The position numbers and the translations under genes are program-made. The notes beneath the pieces were generated by a model. The model was not told where the DNA came from, made no database searches, and saw only the letters and a program-made list of their open reading frames with translations. From Psammoneis japonica (Eukaryota), in the NCBI GenBank assembly GCA_008632985.1, contig QPGO01000378.1:1-36374 (forward strand): 36,374 nt of DNA. Direction: 5' to 3'. This document shows, piece after piece, positions 21,183 to 33,200 of the stretch (its first letter is position 1; the number at the start of each line of letters is the position of its first letter).

Positions 21183-24100
21183 ATGAGCGGGTTGAACGCG
21201 TCGCAAGCAGACTTTGCCAAGCTACGGCAACATGTCCTTCAGTTTCTCAAAGAGCTTCGACGAGGCGACTTGTACGTATATGGGTTTGAAGCAGACGACT
21301 TTGATCATCTACTTGATTCGGACGGGAATGCTCCGCCTCTACAAGAAAAGACACATGTGTTTAATCGACTCTTGTTGGCGGTGGCACGAGAGCTTTCCGC
21401 TGGAAGCACGAGAAAGCGAAAACTAATCCTTGAGCAACTTTATTCGAACCTTGACGACTGGGTGGAAGCAATTAAAAACTTTGACGACAAGGCAGTCAAG
21501 AGCGAAACAGATGACGAATATCGAGGTACGTCAACTGCAAGTAGACAAGAACTTAAAACGGCAGAGGAAATTGATGCTGACACAAAGCTGGAAAAGAAAA
21601 TCGAAAAAGAGTCGACGAAATCTCGAGAAGAAAGCCTTCCCGAGACGCAGGATGAGATTGTGGATGTTTCTAAGGAAAAATCTGATGAAGTGAAGGTGAA
21701 ATCTATACCCAGAAAGAAAAGCAAAAAGAGAAAGTCAGAAGAAAAATCTGGAGAAGAAAGCCTTCCTGAGAAGCACAAAGAGCCTTTGGGTGTGAACGCG
21801 GAAGACGATGACCTAGAAAAGGTGAGATCTAAACCCAAGAAGAAAACCAAGAAGAGAAAACCAACTTCAGCTAATAATATCGAGGAGGAGGTGAGAACCC
21901 AATCGAAAAAGAAGAGCAAGAAGAGAAAATCAGCTGAAACCTTTGGAACTGAAACCGAAGACAATATCGAGGAGGTGAGATCGAAACCGAAAAAGAAGAG
22001 CAATAAGAAGAGAAAGTCAGCTGAACCATCTGGAGCTGAAAGCATTCCTGAAAAGCATGAAACGTCCTTGGATATGCAACTGGAAGACAGTGACGAAGCG
22101 AACACGATATCTAAACCTAAAAAGAAAATCAAGAAGAAAAAATCAGCGGAGAAGACTGGAAGAGAAAGCCTAGGTGAGAACCGTGACGAGAAGCCTTTCG
22201 ATTTGAACGTGGAAGAAAGCGACGAAGAGGAGTCTGCAGCAATACCCAGAAAGAAAAATGGCAAACAAAGATCACGTTCGGTCGAGAAAAAAGGGAACAA
22301 TCACGACGGAACAGAACAGCAAGCTGAACCACCCGAGCAAGAGGACCTAGCAAATGTCAGTCCTTCTGTCATTGCCAAAAGAGAAATCATGAAAAAAGAA
22401 TTCGAACAAGAAAAGGAGAGGATCATGTCTGGAATACCGGATGATGTGCGTTCCCAGTTTGGCCAAGTCGGATTTGCCAAGTGGTCCGGAGACTATCTTC
22501 CAGTCCTGTTTCTGAGCCCATACCATGTACCCCCTGGGGAGGTGCGCGAAAATTGGATGGCAATGTACAAGAACGTGAGTTACATACCAGCGCAACAACT
22601 CCGTCTTTCTTTTCTGAAAACTCTAAATCCTTGTCCTATTTTTATGATTTTTGCTAAACCCCAGACCAGGAACCGTAGAAGCAGCATGACGAGACTTGTT
22701 TATTGGTACGGAGAGCAAAATATGGAGGTAGCATTCTCGTTTTTGATTAAGAAGCATTGCATATCGTACGAGGAGGGGGTTCAAAAGGGCAAGCACAAGC
22801 TCAAGCGGGCTATCCAGAAAAAGGTGGACGCCGGCAAAAAGTTATCGGAAAAGGAGCAAGGCATGGTGAGAGGGTTGAAAGAAATCAATGCTGACGCCAT
22901 GAAAGACCCCAAGGATAGAAAGCTACCCTTTCCAAATTTTTTCGAGGAACACGAGGTTTTCGGACTTGAAGAAGACGAGGAAGTGGATGAAGAGCTTATC
23001 AGTAGTGATGAGGAACCGTCGCCAGTGAAGAAGAACGGATCGAAAAAAGTAGACCAAGACCTTGTTAGCAGTGACGATGAAGCACCGCCAAGAAAGAAGC
23101 TGCATAAAACATTTAAGAAAATCGACGAAGAGCTGATAAGCAGTGATGATGCATCGTCACCAAAGAAGAAGCCAGAGAAAGGATCAAGGAAAATCGACGA
23201 AGAGCTTGTGAGCAGTGATGACGAGCCGTCACCAAAGAAAGGATCGAAGAGAATCGACGAAGAGCTTGTAAGCAGTGATGACGAACCGTCACCAAAGAAA
23301 GGATCGAAGAAAGAGAACGAAGACCTTGTTAGCAGTAATGACGAAATGTCACCAAAGAAAGGACCGAAGAAAAAGAACGAAGAACTTATCAGTAGTGATG
23401 ACGAACCGTTGCCAAAGAAAGGATCGAAGAAAGAGAACGAAGATCTTATCAGCAGTGATGATGAACCGTTGCCAGAAAAACAAATGGAGAGAAAGGACGA
23501 AGAGCTTATAATTAGTGATGACGAGCCGTTGCTGGAAAAAGGATCAAAGAAAGGACCGAAAGAGCGAGATCGCGGAGACAATTCGCACGTTTCGGAAGGA
23601 CAAGACTTGGCGGAAAACGAAGTCTCATCGGGCGAGGAATACGAATATGCCGTCTCGAGCGAGGATAATGACGCTGATCAAAACTACGAACCGGAAACAA
23701 CCGCGAAAGCGAATAAGAAGAAACACGCGATTTACCGTCCAAAACTTCAAAGACGAAGCCAAAAAAGGCAAAGATTAACCGCAAGAGAAGCAAGGCAGCT
23801 ACTAAAGCCCGAGGAACAAAGGCAGATAGAATCAAGGCTGAATGGAGAAAAGAACAGCGCAAGTTCGAGGAGTGCGAAGATAAATTCCTTCCGTTGGAAG
23901 AGCGTTGGACATCGTCTCTCAAGACTGGAGACACCAGCGATCTTGCTGCGGTGATCAACGAGCTCTCTCATTTTGTCGATTCGCTGTCTCCCACATTCAT
24001 TGAGACTTACCAACTCGCTCGACTTATGAAGAAAACAAAACCAATTTTGAAGAATATGGAGACAGAGTACGGAGTGTATAAGAATGTATGGAACACAATG

Positions 24101-24943
24101 AAGGAGTTGTATCAGGCAGGCAGTGACAAGAAACCTGAAGGTTTTGTCCCAATAAGGAAGAGACCTTCAGAAGCAAAGGATATCGAGAGCAAGCCAAAAT
24201 CGGCAAGTAAAAAGAAGGTTCAGCCACTTGGATCGGACGACAAGTCCGTACAGCAGGTTGGCGAAAAGGATAGGAGCACAGCAACAGAAGCGCGGATTCC
24301 GAAGGCAGCTGCAGCAATTGAATCACCAGGTTCCCCAGCAGTGTCTCGGGTGACGAGCCAGAACACCTTGGATTCGCCAGATAAGGCGAGCCGCCCACCG
24401 GCAAAACCAGAAAGAAAAGCGTTTTCTCTTAATCATTTGATGCGTCCGAAAGGTGACTCGGCTAGCAATGCATCGCGTGGTAGTGCATCTGCCCAGGTTA
24501 ATGGCAGCGCTGGCAAAAGTAGTGTATCTGCCGAGGTTAATGGCAGCGCCGGCAAAAACGGCGGAAAAAACAGAACGGCAGAGGGTCCACCGATATGGTT
24601 GAGGACAGCACCTGTACACGACGACTCCGGTTCGGCGCTCAAAGGAGATAGGGGATTTGCATTGGAATTCCTCCAGACAGCTGCGTGTAAGTTTCCAGAG
24701 GGAGCGGTCGATGTGGAATCAGCAGCAAAATCATTAGAAGATGCCGTTTTCAAATGGTCAAAGACTCGAGGTAAGGATGATTGGAAAGAGCCCTACTGGG
24801 AAAAGGTACATTCCCTCGTTGCTGCAATATGCGGAAAGAAGGAGACGGGGTCGCTAGTGAAAGAAATACTATCTGGGAGGTACCAGTCAGCAAGCGACGT
24901 AGTTTCAGCCTCCGACGACATACTAAAGCGCTCGTTTGGATGA
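21183..24943 (+). CDS. Large nuclear chromatin/transcription-type protein: K-rich repeats, PWWP-like domain, acidic 20-aa repeats, TFIIS-like C-terminal domains; intron 22575-22664; apparent -1 frameshift at ~23722
   Basis: ORF 21168-23954 joins 23894-24943 when one A is restored in aagaaacac. The 90-nt in-frame GTGAGT..CCAG intron has a gctaaac branch point. VGFAKWSGDYLPVLFLSPY...LVYWYG is PWWP-like; SAAKSLEDAVFKW...YWEKVHSLVAAI is TFIIS-central-like. Confidence 0.75.
22980..23550 (+). repeat. Coding tandem repeat, 60-nt unit (20 aa, DEELVSSDDEPSPKKGSKK), about 9 copies
   Basis: Exact 60-nt periodicity is visible at 23200-23540, with looser copies upstream. Confidence 0.92.
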
Positions 24944-26049
24944 TAGAAATGTCAGGGTGCCCCATTGATTTGAATGTATCTCTTCTATCTTTTGGGGTGT
25001 AGTGTCGTTTGTGTTTGTAGACATGGCGCCTATGATGACGAAAAGGAGGTGGCGCTGAAGAGAAGGATGAAGCTGCCGAAGAAAGCGTAGGCTCTGGATA
25101 GGATGGTGAGTGCACCATTGATTTCATCGAGTCCGTCTGCGAGCGACAATCGTCAGAAACAGTTATCTTTTTCAAACGATGTATTCATCACCCGCGGGGT
25201 TTCAGATGAAAAAGCCCCTGCAATACATGCCGACCCTTCTGTTCGCTTTACTCCGCGTCATCAAAACACACACTCGCACATAGATATATAATCTGACTAG
25301 ATACCAGTTTTCTTAAATTACTCATCAGTGATTTTCTTCGATCTTTCATGACAGTACAGGGGTGTTGTGAAAAGAAGATCACCCGCATCACACAGCACAC
25401 TCTTATTGCGGTCTTGTGGCACATCGTCCTCGAAGATCGAAATATCACCACTAGATTGCATTCCACTTCCGAAAACGTAGCTCTCCAACAAAAAGGATAC
25501 TTCATCCCATATTACTGTCGTTGTCACCATTAACTCACTTTATGAATGCTCGGTCGTCGTCACCTAAACCAGCTAGCTAGCGCGACCCTTGTTGTTCGAA
25601 GTCCTTTGCTCGTCGCGCTTCTTCTGCTCTGTTATGGGTAAGGCCAAGGCTTCATCGTATGTACTTGTAGCCATTACCAACTGAAGAGCAGTTTTTATTG
25701 CAATTTGATGATTGAAAGGAGGTCCGTCTACTCCTAGATGATTCATGGCGGTGGTCCCATTACGTGTTGTACTAATGGCAGATCTGGCTACTTCAACCTG
25801 AGCTCTGGATGCTTGAGTAGTCCGTGATGCCTGGACAGATTCAACCAAGTCTCCACGGCACGGATCGAACGAGACTCAGAGTTCAATCGACCCATCACTT
25901 CAAATTCTCACTTTTTATTTTTGCTGAAGTTTTCGTCGAGCATGCCAAAACCTAGAAACTAGCATGAGCGACAGACTGATGCAATGTGTCAAGGCGCATC
26001 TATTGATTCTGTCGCACGAGGTTTGCATCTTCAAACTGCAAAGCAGAAG

Positions 26050-27450
26050 CTAGTCCTGAGTTAAGGTGTGGCCGAAAATAATGCTTTCCATGACATGCCA
26101 GCTGCGATGTCGCATCAAAGCCACATGCCGACCTTCGCGTGCCATTTTCGTTCTTGTGTCTTCATCCACATGCCAAAGATAGTGCTCGACTTTTTGAATC
26201 AAATCATCGACACTGCTATACATAACAAGGTTGACGCCATCCTCCAATCCTTCTGGGACGGAGAGCATCCGGTCCGCGAAGACCAAGGCACCGCTGACCA
26301 AAGCCTCCATCAGACGATAATGCCCTTCCCAAAGGTCTTTCTGGGCCTCGACGACGATTTTGGCTTGGAGTAAACCTTTCGCGTAGTCGCACTGCGCTGT
26401 GTGCCGTCCTTTCAAATTGGCCAACCCTGCTAGTCCCGCCCACCCCGTTGCATTCGGTGTCCTTGCATTCCACTCATTGATAATACGGCAGCTCACGTTG
26501 TCACGCAGGTGAGAGTTTTTCATTTTCCCACCACGGTCGACTCCTCTGCCATGGCATGGCCAGAAGTGTGCCACATCCACAGGCCGATATAACATGTATG
26601 ACAGGTCAGCAGTGGAAGCCACTACCGACTCCGCTCCACGTCTTTCTGGCACAATGAACTCTGGATGCTCCTGAAGAACAATGTCCATCGCCTCAAGCAT
26701 GTCGCTTCGAACAGCATAATGAAGTTTTTGGATTGGCGTGGTCGACCACAAAGAATAGTTGTGTTGAAGAAGTTGGTAATTCATGCTTCCAATCTCGATG
26801 CGCTTTATGGATTCATTCCAGTGCCGTCCAGTCACTACACTTCGCTTAAAGTATCGTACCTCCTCGAACGAATCGTACAACTCTGGACAATGCTGATATT
26901 CGACAGATGGCATATCTGGACTGTCTCGCCAATCCAGGACATATATGGACCAAGGTAGCAGGACTGTTTGACTGCCTCTTGCAGTTGTTTTCTGATTTGA
27001 TATCACCCTAGTAGCTTTCTTTACCGCCACCAAAAGATCCTTACACCAGTACATAAACCGACCTTGACTAGCATCTGCTATCCATATCACCTTACTAAAC
27101 ATTTTTGCCTCTTCTATCCGACTCACACGATGAATGTACTTCGATCGCTCTACACCATCAATGGTAAAGTGTCTCATTTCGTGTAAAGATTCATTGGCCA
27201 ACACGTTGGGCCACAAAAAGACAGGAACCGGTGATGTGTAGGCGGTCGTTGTCGACATTGGTTGGAATGACAGAATCTTTTCGATCGACACAGGACTAAA
27301 GCGCCAAAATTGCATAGTCATCAGACACACAACCAGCATCGTCGTCACCAATATACGGAACAATCTTGAGAAGTAAGCAGACCGCAACTTTTCGTCCTCG
27401 GTAGTATGTGATGATCTTCGGGGACGGCGTGCATCGTTCCTTCTTGTCAT
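26050..27450 (-). CDS. Type II membrane glycosyltransferase-like protein (GT-B, Glyco_trans_1_2/CgeB-like C-terminus)
   Basis: Intact 466 aa ORF with an N-terminal TM helix (ILVTTMLVVCLMTM). C-terminal Y...LLQAKIVVEAQKDLWEGHYRLMEALVSGALVFAD...LEDGVNLVMY.S..DL...V.HYL...R..MAREG. Confidence 0.8.
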   Translation of the reverse strand: MTRRNDARRPRRSSHTTEDEKLRSAYFSRLFRILVTTMLVVCLMTMQFWRFSPVSIEKILSFQPMSTTTAYTSPVPVFLWPNVLANESLHEMRHFTIDGVERSKYIHRVSRIEEAKMFSKVIWIADASQGRFMYWCKDLLVAVKKATRVISNQKTTARGSQTVLLPWSIYVLDWRDSPDMPSVEYQHCPELYDSFEEVRYFKRSVVTGRHWNESIKRIEIGSMNYQLLQHNYSLWSTTPIQKLHYAVRSDMLEAMDIVLQEHPEFIVPERRGAESVVASTADLSYMLYRPVDVAHFWPCHGRGVDRGGKMKNSHLRDNVSCRIINEWNARTPNATGWAGLAGLANLKGRHTAQCDYAKGLLQAKIVVEAQKDLWEGHYRLMEALVSGALVFADRMLSVPEGLEDGVNLVMYSSVDDLIQKVEHYLWHVDEDTRTKMAREGRHVALMRHRSWHVMESIIFGHTLTQD

Positions 27451-28677
27451 GATGAGTCAAACGACGAACCGTACGAGTTCTCAGTTCCTAGTCACCATAG
27501 CTATTGTAGTCGGTTTCCTTCGCAAAGTAACAGACTCATGAAGGATATAGCTTCAAAACTGGTTGAATGTGCTCACCCAGTTCATCAGCATTGACCAACA
27601 CAGCAATGTCTGCCCATGCATGGTGGTGTGGAAATGCCGCCTCTTAGACTCCACTTGTGGGGGTTGTGGGTGCACAGGCTCGTGGTGCCATGCATGGTGT
27701 GGCTCTCGGTTGCCAGTCCCTGAACTGGAGAGTGCAATTTGAAGCTTTCTCCATTGCCACAAAACAATGCTGACTGCACAAGTGCCCTTTTGTGGATGAG
27801 TCTAAATCATTGCCACTAAAAGCCATGTCAAATGGTGGCTGCACAAAGTCACACATGTGATGGGAAATCTCAAACCCATCTTCCACCTGATCTCCTTCAT
27901 CACATGAGAGAAATCACTTTGTTTTAATTCAACAACACATTTGTTGCAACATGCCCTTTGATGAGTGGATTTGCCATCAAACAAAGTTGTGATCTCATGT
28001 GTTGTTTGTGGGTGCACTTGAAGGTGTTCCTTTGTCTTGATCCATTTTTGCTTCAAACAAGAGAAGATCATTGACCAGCACATGTGAGAGTTGAATCTCT
28101 CACTCAGCTTTCAGTGCATTTCAATTCTCCCTTGAAGCATTCTGGAGCCCATGGAAAAGGTGTCCTCACCTGTCCCACTGGCAGCAACAATGTGTTTTCA
28201 TGTTGCAGTTGTTTTGACATGGTGCACATTCTTGTTTGAGCTCCTCCACACAACATCCCAACTCCCTGCACCCCACAGCCCACACCAGCAGCCCCACATG
28301 CCTGCCCAAAACTCTGAAAATTGATGGTCGATGTTGTTGCAGCTGCTTGCAGCGGACACAAGAACCAAGCCCAACTTGGACTTTGTGGACCCGGTGGAAC
28401 TCAAAGAAGACACCAGCAGGTGAAGCATCCTGCTTGAAATGTTCCTTCTCACAATGGAGGTTGTCCATGCCCTTGTTGAAGCACAAATGTTGGGCAATCT
28501 TGACCTGGGAGGTTGCAAGATCATGCCAAAGGGCATTTTCAGTGGCAGCCAAGGAAAGTGCCCTCCATGGAGCTGGGGCACAACTCAGCGCAGCAGTGGA
28601 TGGGTTTGTGAACCCAAACATGACAACCAATCACAGCCTTCACAGTGGCAAAGGCAATGTGGGCTGTGCCTTGATCC

Positions 28678-30500
28678 ATGGACACAACAGAGGCAGCAGC
28701 ACCTCTGCAAGACATGCTGGTGGCTGCAGTGAGCAATGCAGGCCCAGATGAGTCAGCACATGACACCATGACAAGTTTGTCAACATGTGCCAATGTGGGG
28801 TTGGCATTTGGTGCTGCAAGGGGCACTGCTGCCAGAGTGGTCACATGCGGCACAGCCTTGGATGCAACAGGCACAGCCATGCCTGCAGAAGACATGCTTG
28901 CATGTCCACAGCAGTCAATGCAGGTTCCAACAAGGAACCATGTGCCACCATGACAAGATTGTCAGTGGCACGGACTGATGAAGGAGTTGCGCTCTTTGTC
29001 AAATGGGGCACAAGCACTTGGTCAGTCACATGCTGCACATTTTTGGATGCATGAGATGTGAGAACATCTCCACAATGCCTGCTTGGTGTTGCACATGGCA
29101 GCACAGGACTTGACGGGTTGGTGCACAAGTCCATGACAAGGTCAGATGTGGGCAGCAATGGGGAGGGAAGATTTGTTGAAGAGCCTCAAGGTCAGCAAAC
29201 AACACTCTAAGGACCTTGACAAGCTCAGCGAGGTGCTCAAGGAGAACCTTGATCACCTGCAAGTCCATGAGTGTGGTTGCATTGACACCAAGTTTTGTGT
29301 TTTTGATTCTCACATCATTTCTTCTCAAATCATGCATTGTGCACACACAGAAGTTGGCAGTTAGCCATGGTGGCACAAGTGGAGAAAGAGAAGCCATCGA
29401 GGGTGTCTCTGCCTTTTTGAACAGTGATGATGAGCACCGCCAAGAGCTTGCATGTGAGCCCAAAAGCACAACCATGATTTGTGCACATTCTTTGCCAACA
29501 AAAAGGACAATGCCAAGGCACCTTGCATTCATGGCATTGCCCCGTGAACAAGAAAAAGAAGCAAGCTGAGATTGTGCTTCAAGGGATGGCAAATGTGTCA
29601 CTCAAGAATGCCTGGTGAGATTGGTCCAGCAACTTCAAAGCAGCATGGAAGGGCAAGAGTCTGATGAGGAGTCTCTAAAACAGGAAAAGGTTGAGCAGTG
29701 GGGGCACTCTTGCAGAGTCCAATTCATTCTTCTTGTGTGACAGAGACAGGAGTCAAATCCTGACACTGATGCAGAAAAGAATGATGATGTCATCAACAGC
29801 GCCTTTTTGTGCCAGGGCTTGATCCAAGTCCTTCTTGGCTCTTGAAAGAGCAAGATGAGGCCCATTGACAAGATTGTTCAGGAAGACATCAAGCCGCTTG
29901 TGCAACTGGGTTTCTGGCAAGTCTTGCATGAGTTGAAAAAAATCAAAGTCATTGTCTGCTTTCTAACCAAGATTGCAGATTGTGCATCAGTGGTCACTCA
30001 TTGGGTGGTGTGATTGCAACACTGTTTGGATTCTGCATGGCTGCAGATCCAGACCTTGCCAAAGAAGGGCCCATCATGGTTTGCACATTTGCAGTGCCTC
30101 GTGTCAGTGATGCTGCCTTTCATGAAGGTGCCTTTTTGTCCTGGACTGAGATTTCAAGCATGCAAGTGCAGGGGAGTTGCACCTCTCATGCTTGACTTTT
30201 TTCTCTTTTGCAGTCCCTCAACTGCCCTGGCCAGCCGGACTTCACAAACATGATGGCATGGAGGTGCGACTTTGAAAGGATGGACCTCCCGTTGTGGATT
30301 GTCCAGTCAAATGCTCTTGGCAACAATCTGGCTCAGGGGTCATGAAAAGCATTGCCTCAATGCCACAAGCCTTGATGTGTCATTCCTGCAAAGAAATGCT
30401 GAAACGATTCAAGAAGTCCAAGGACGCTTTTCTCAAATCGACACTGGAGCACAAATGCCGTTCCATGAGCGGAATTTTAACGTGTCGAGAAGACGGACCC
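28678..30500 (+). pseudogene. Class-3 lipase (Lipase_3, alpha/beta hydrolase) pseudogene
   Basis: CISGHSLGGVIATLFGFC...VCTFAVPRVSDAAF (GHSLGG nucleophile elbow; the family has YTFxxPRVG). At ~29525-29595, CIHGIA.VNKKKKQAEIVLQGM matches the family's YGI.VN...KR..VVFRG(S/T). Multiple stops and frameshifts; ends approximate. Confidence 0.8.
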
Positions 30501-30533
30501 AAAAGAATGCACTGTTGACACTAAAAACATCAA

Positions 30534-31031
30534 CCCTTCAACCACCAGGGGAGCAAATCTCCACGGGTGGAGATTTGCTCTGCTTGAGGATTTGTGGTGT
30601 GTCATGCACTTTTACAACAACACAATGTGCACAGCACAAAAATGTCATGCCACGTAGAATCTGCGTAAAGTGTGCCACGTGCATTTGCTTGTTGGGAGCA
30701 AATCTCCACCGGTGGAGATTTGCTCAAAGGGTGTGGTGTTAAAGCTCTGTTTGAGACAGCAATTCATGATGACCTCCATTGTCATAGGTTGAGATTTAGT
30801 TCCTCTCTATCCACAGATGCAGCTTGCAAAAAACCCGGTGTTAAAAGTCGACATTGAACTTTCTAAATTAAAAAAAGGGTTCCCCCAGGTTCTTGGCGAA
30901 TGCACATTCCAAAACAAAATCGCGCGAACAAAATGTCACTCACATCTGAAATTACTTGTTTTGCTGTGTTTGTGATGCAAGGGAGCAAATCTCCACCCAT
31001 GGAGATTTGCTCAAGTCCGGTGGTTGAAGGG
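30534..31031. mobile_element. Non-autonomous piggyBac-like MITE (~500 bp) with TCAA flanks and three internal 30-bp palindromes
   Basis: TIRs CCCTTCAACCACC (30534-30546) and GGTGGTTGAAGGG (31019-31031). TCAA flanks both ends (30530-30533, 31032-31035). GAGCAAATCTCCAC-NN-RTGGAGATTTGCTC occurs at 30551-30580, 30696-30725 and 30983-31012. Confidence 0.8.
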
Positions 31032-31607
31032 TCAAGAGTGCTTGTGTGTTCACGATTGGCGCTCACAAGCTCTCGCGCCAGGCCAAATCAAATCGTGTGA
31101 AAAGTGGGAAATTGGGAGCTGGTGGCTGTCCTTTCAGTGATTTGCACAATCGTTGTGTGCTGGAGTGCACTGAGGAAACATTCCAATTGGGCTGCGCACG
31201 CTGCAGGCCAAATGAGTTCTTGTGCAAAGCCTGTGCGTGCTTGCAAGTGCAACTTGCGGCTTCCACACAGAAGTGAGGAGAGCCCCAAACACACTTTTTC
31301 TCAATTGAGACTTCCTGAATGGAGTCTGACTCCATTGAGTGCAGCACACAGAAGCTTTTACAACCTCGCTGTTTTGCCGTTCATGGGGATTGCAAAGACT
31401 GCAAAGCGAGTGAATTGCATTTACAAGAAAATGACAAATGTCCATGCTGGAAGGCACAGGGAAGCAACACGAAGTGAAACAATGCAATTCTACAATCTAA
31501 GAGAGCACCTCCACAGAGACAGTCTTCTAGCTGAAGAGCATGCTTCTCTCATCATGAACAATGCAGCCTTTGCTGGCGGCTCCACACTTGCACAGCATCG
31601 TCCTCAC

Positions 31608-33200
31608 CTACGACCCCTCCACAAAAGGCAACTTCTCAGAGTCACATGGGACTTCCTGGGCATTGAGAGGTTTGCTCTCTTGTTGGACTTCCCGTGGAGC
31701 ACGATCTTCTAATTTGCGGCAGCGCTCCTCCACAAACGAATCATTTTCCGCCTGCTCCAAGTTGCCAAGATCACAAAGGACGCAATTTTCCTTGTGGGTC
31801 CCGATGTGATGCCATCGGATGTCCTCCTCTTTGTGCTTCAATCGCTTTGCATGGAACACATCCTTTAGCACCTTCCTGATGTCGGGCAGCTGATCCCTGC
31901 AGCCACTGGCACTCGTTGCCATGGGTTCAAATGACGGCATTTTGACACAGCAAAAGCCAAAGACATTTGTGACTTCCACCTCATCTGCTAAAAATGGGTG
32001 GAAATCGCAAAGCAGCTTCGCCTCATGCAAAGTTGCACCTTCTGCCTTCTCCTTGAACTCGTTCCATCCCACAGTGTCACCTGTGGTGACGTCTGCATTG
32101 TTGACATGCACCTTCAATGCGACTTGCTTGCCACTCAAATCCAACGCATGGAAGATGTTAGAGGTTGTGCCATGTCCAACGATCCCGATGACATGGAATG
32201 CTGCATCATCATCTTTGTCCACCAGCTGCACTTTGGAGCTCGTTGAGAGAGCAGCATCTCTGGGTCAACTTTTCCGGCTCTCCATCTTGTCACCTGGTCT
32301 GACAAACAGATCCCCCCACAGGCATTTCTTCACTGCAGTTTTCGATGTGGCCGAGGAGCTTTTGTTCAGCACTCGCAGCACTTTTGGAAAGCAGCAGTTT
32401 CCATTGGACTTGAGCTTCAACATGCTCCGCATGGACTCTCTGCAACTCTTCTTAGCAATTCTCAGAGCAGTGCAGACAAGCTTTGCAAGCTCATGAGACT
32501 CGAGCTCCTTGGATTGCAACATCTCTCGGCCTCCAGTTCCCTTTGTGAATAAATTCCTGAAATCCGCCCCACTGGCGTTCGAACCCGGGGATGAGTCGCA
32601 GGAGACGGGTGGCACCATGGGCAGTTCCGCATTCTCCCAGGACAAGTTGGACTGCCGGGGCGGCGACGATTGCGGTTGATTGCGATCTTGCTTGATGATT
32701 GTGGCTGCGGGCTGGCAGGTGCTTCTTCTCCATCTCTTCCATCATTTGTTTCTTCATCGAACTTAAGTTCTTCCAGAGAGCATGGAATGGACTTCTCAAA
32801 TGCAGTGAGAAGGACGAGCCCATTTCCTTCTTGTCCAAACACATCATCAGAGTGCACGAAATGTTAAAAATGTGCAGATTTGCATGATGACAATTTGTCA
32901 AAATGTTGCAAAACATTGTTGTCATGTGATGAAAGGCCAACCTCTGGTTGCAAGTCAGCTGTGCCAATGTTGCAACAACTCACCAAGAATCATGCATGCC
33001 ATTTTTCACTGCACCCACATCACTGTGTCTGCCTCCACCTTGTTGCCACATGCCAATGCGTGATTGCATTTCCACACAATCCTTGGTTTGTTGATTTTCG
33101 CAAACATTGTTTTAAACGAGAAGAGCATTTCGTCGGTTGGGTCAATCCCTTGTTGCATCTGCAGTGCAATGACCGAGTGCCATGTAAACTGTGCACACAT
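31608..33200 (-). pseudogene. Degenerate protein-kinase-like gene (same family as 16010-16700)
   Basis: VIGIVGHGTTSNIFHAL...VALKVHV...HEAKLL...VKMPSFEP...EEDIRWHHIG..CVLCDLG, with upstream fragments in other frames (SHELAKLVCTAL, FPKVLRV). The 5' limit is approximate. Confidence 0.65.

Noticed and set aside
21440..23581. Long minus-strand F/S/L-rich ORFs (21440-22300, 22781-23581)
   Set aside because: Antisense shadows of the K/E/D-rich repeats of the + strand gene.
24950..25850. Short minus-strand ORFs (24750-25175, 25318-25530, 25573-25848)
   Set aside because: No recognisable motifs or consistent exon structure; a small gene cannot be excluded.
30551..31012. Three 30-bp palindromic repeats as a CRISPR array
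   Set aside because: Spacing is irregular (115 and 257 bp), the context is eukaryotic, there are no cas genes, and MITE structure explains them.
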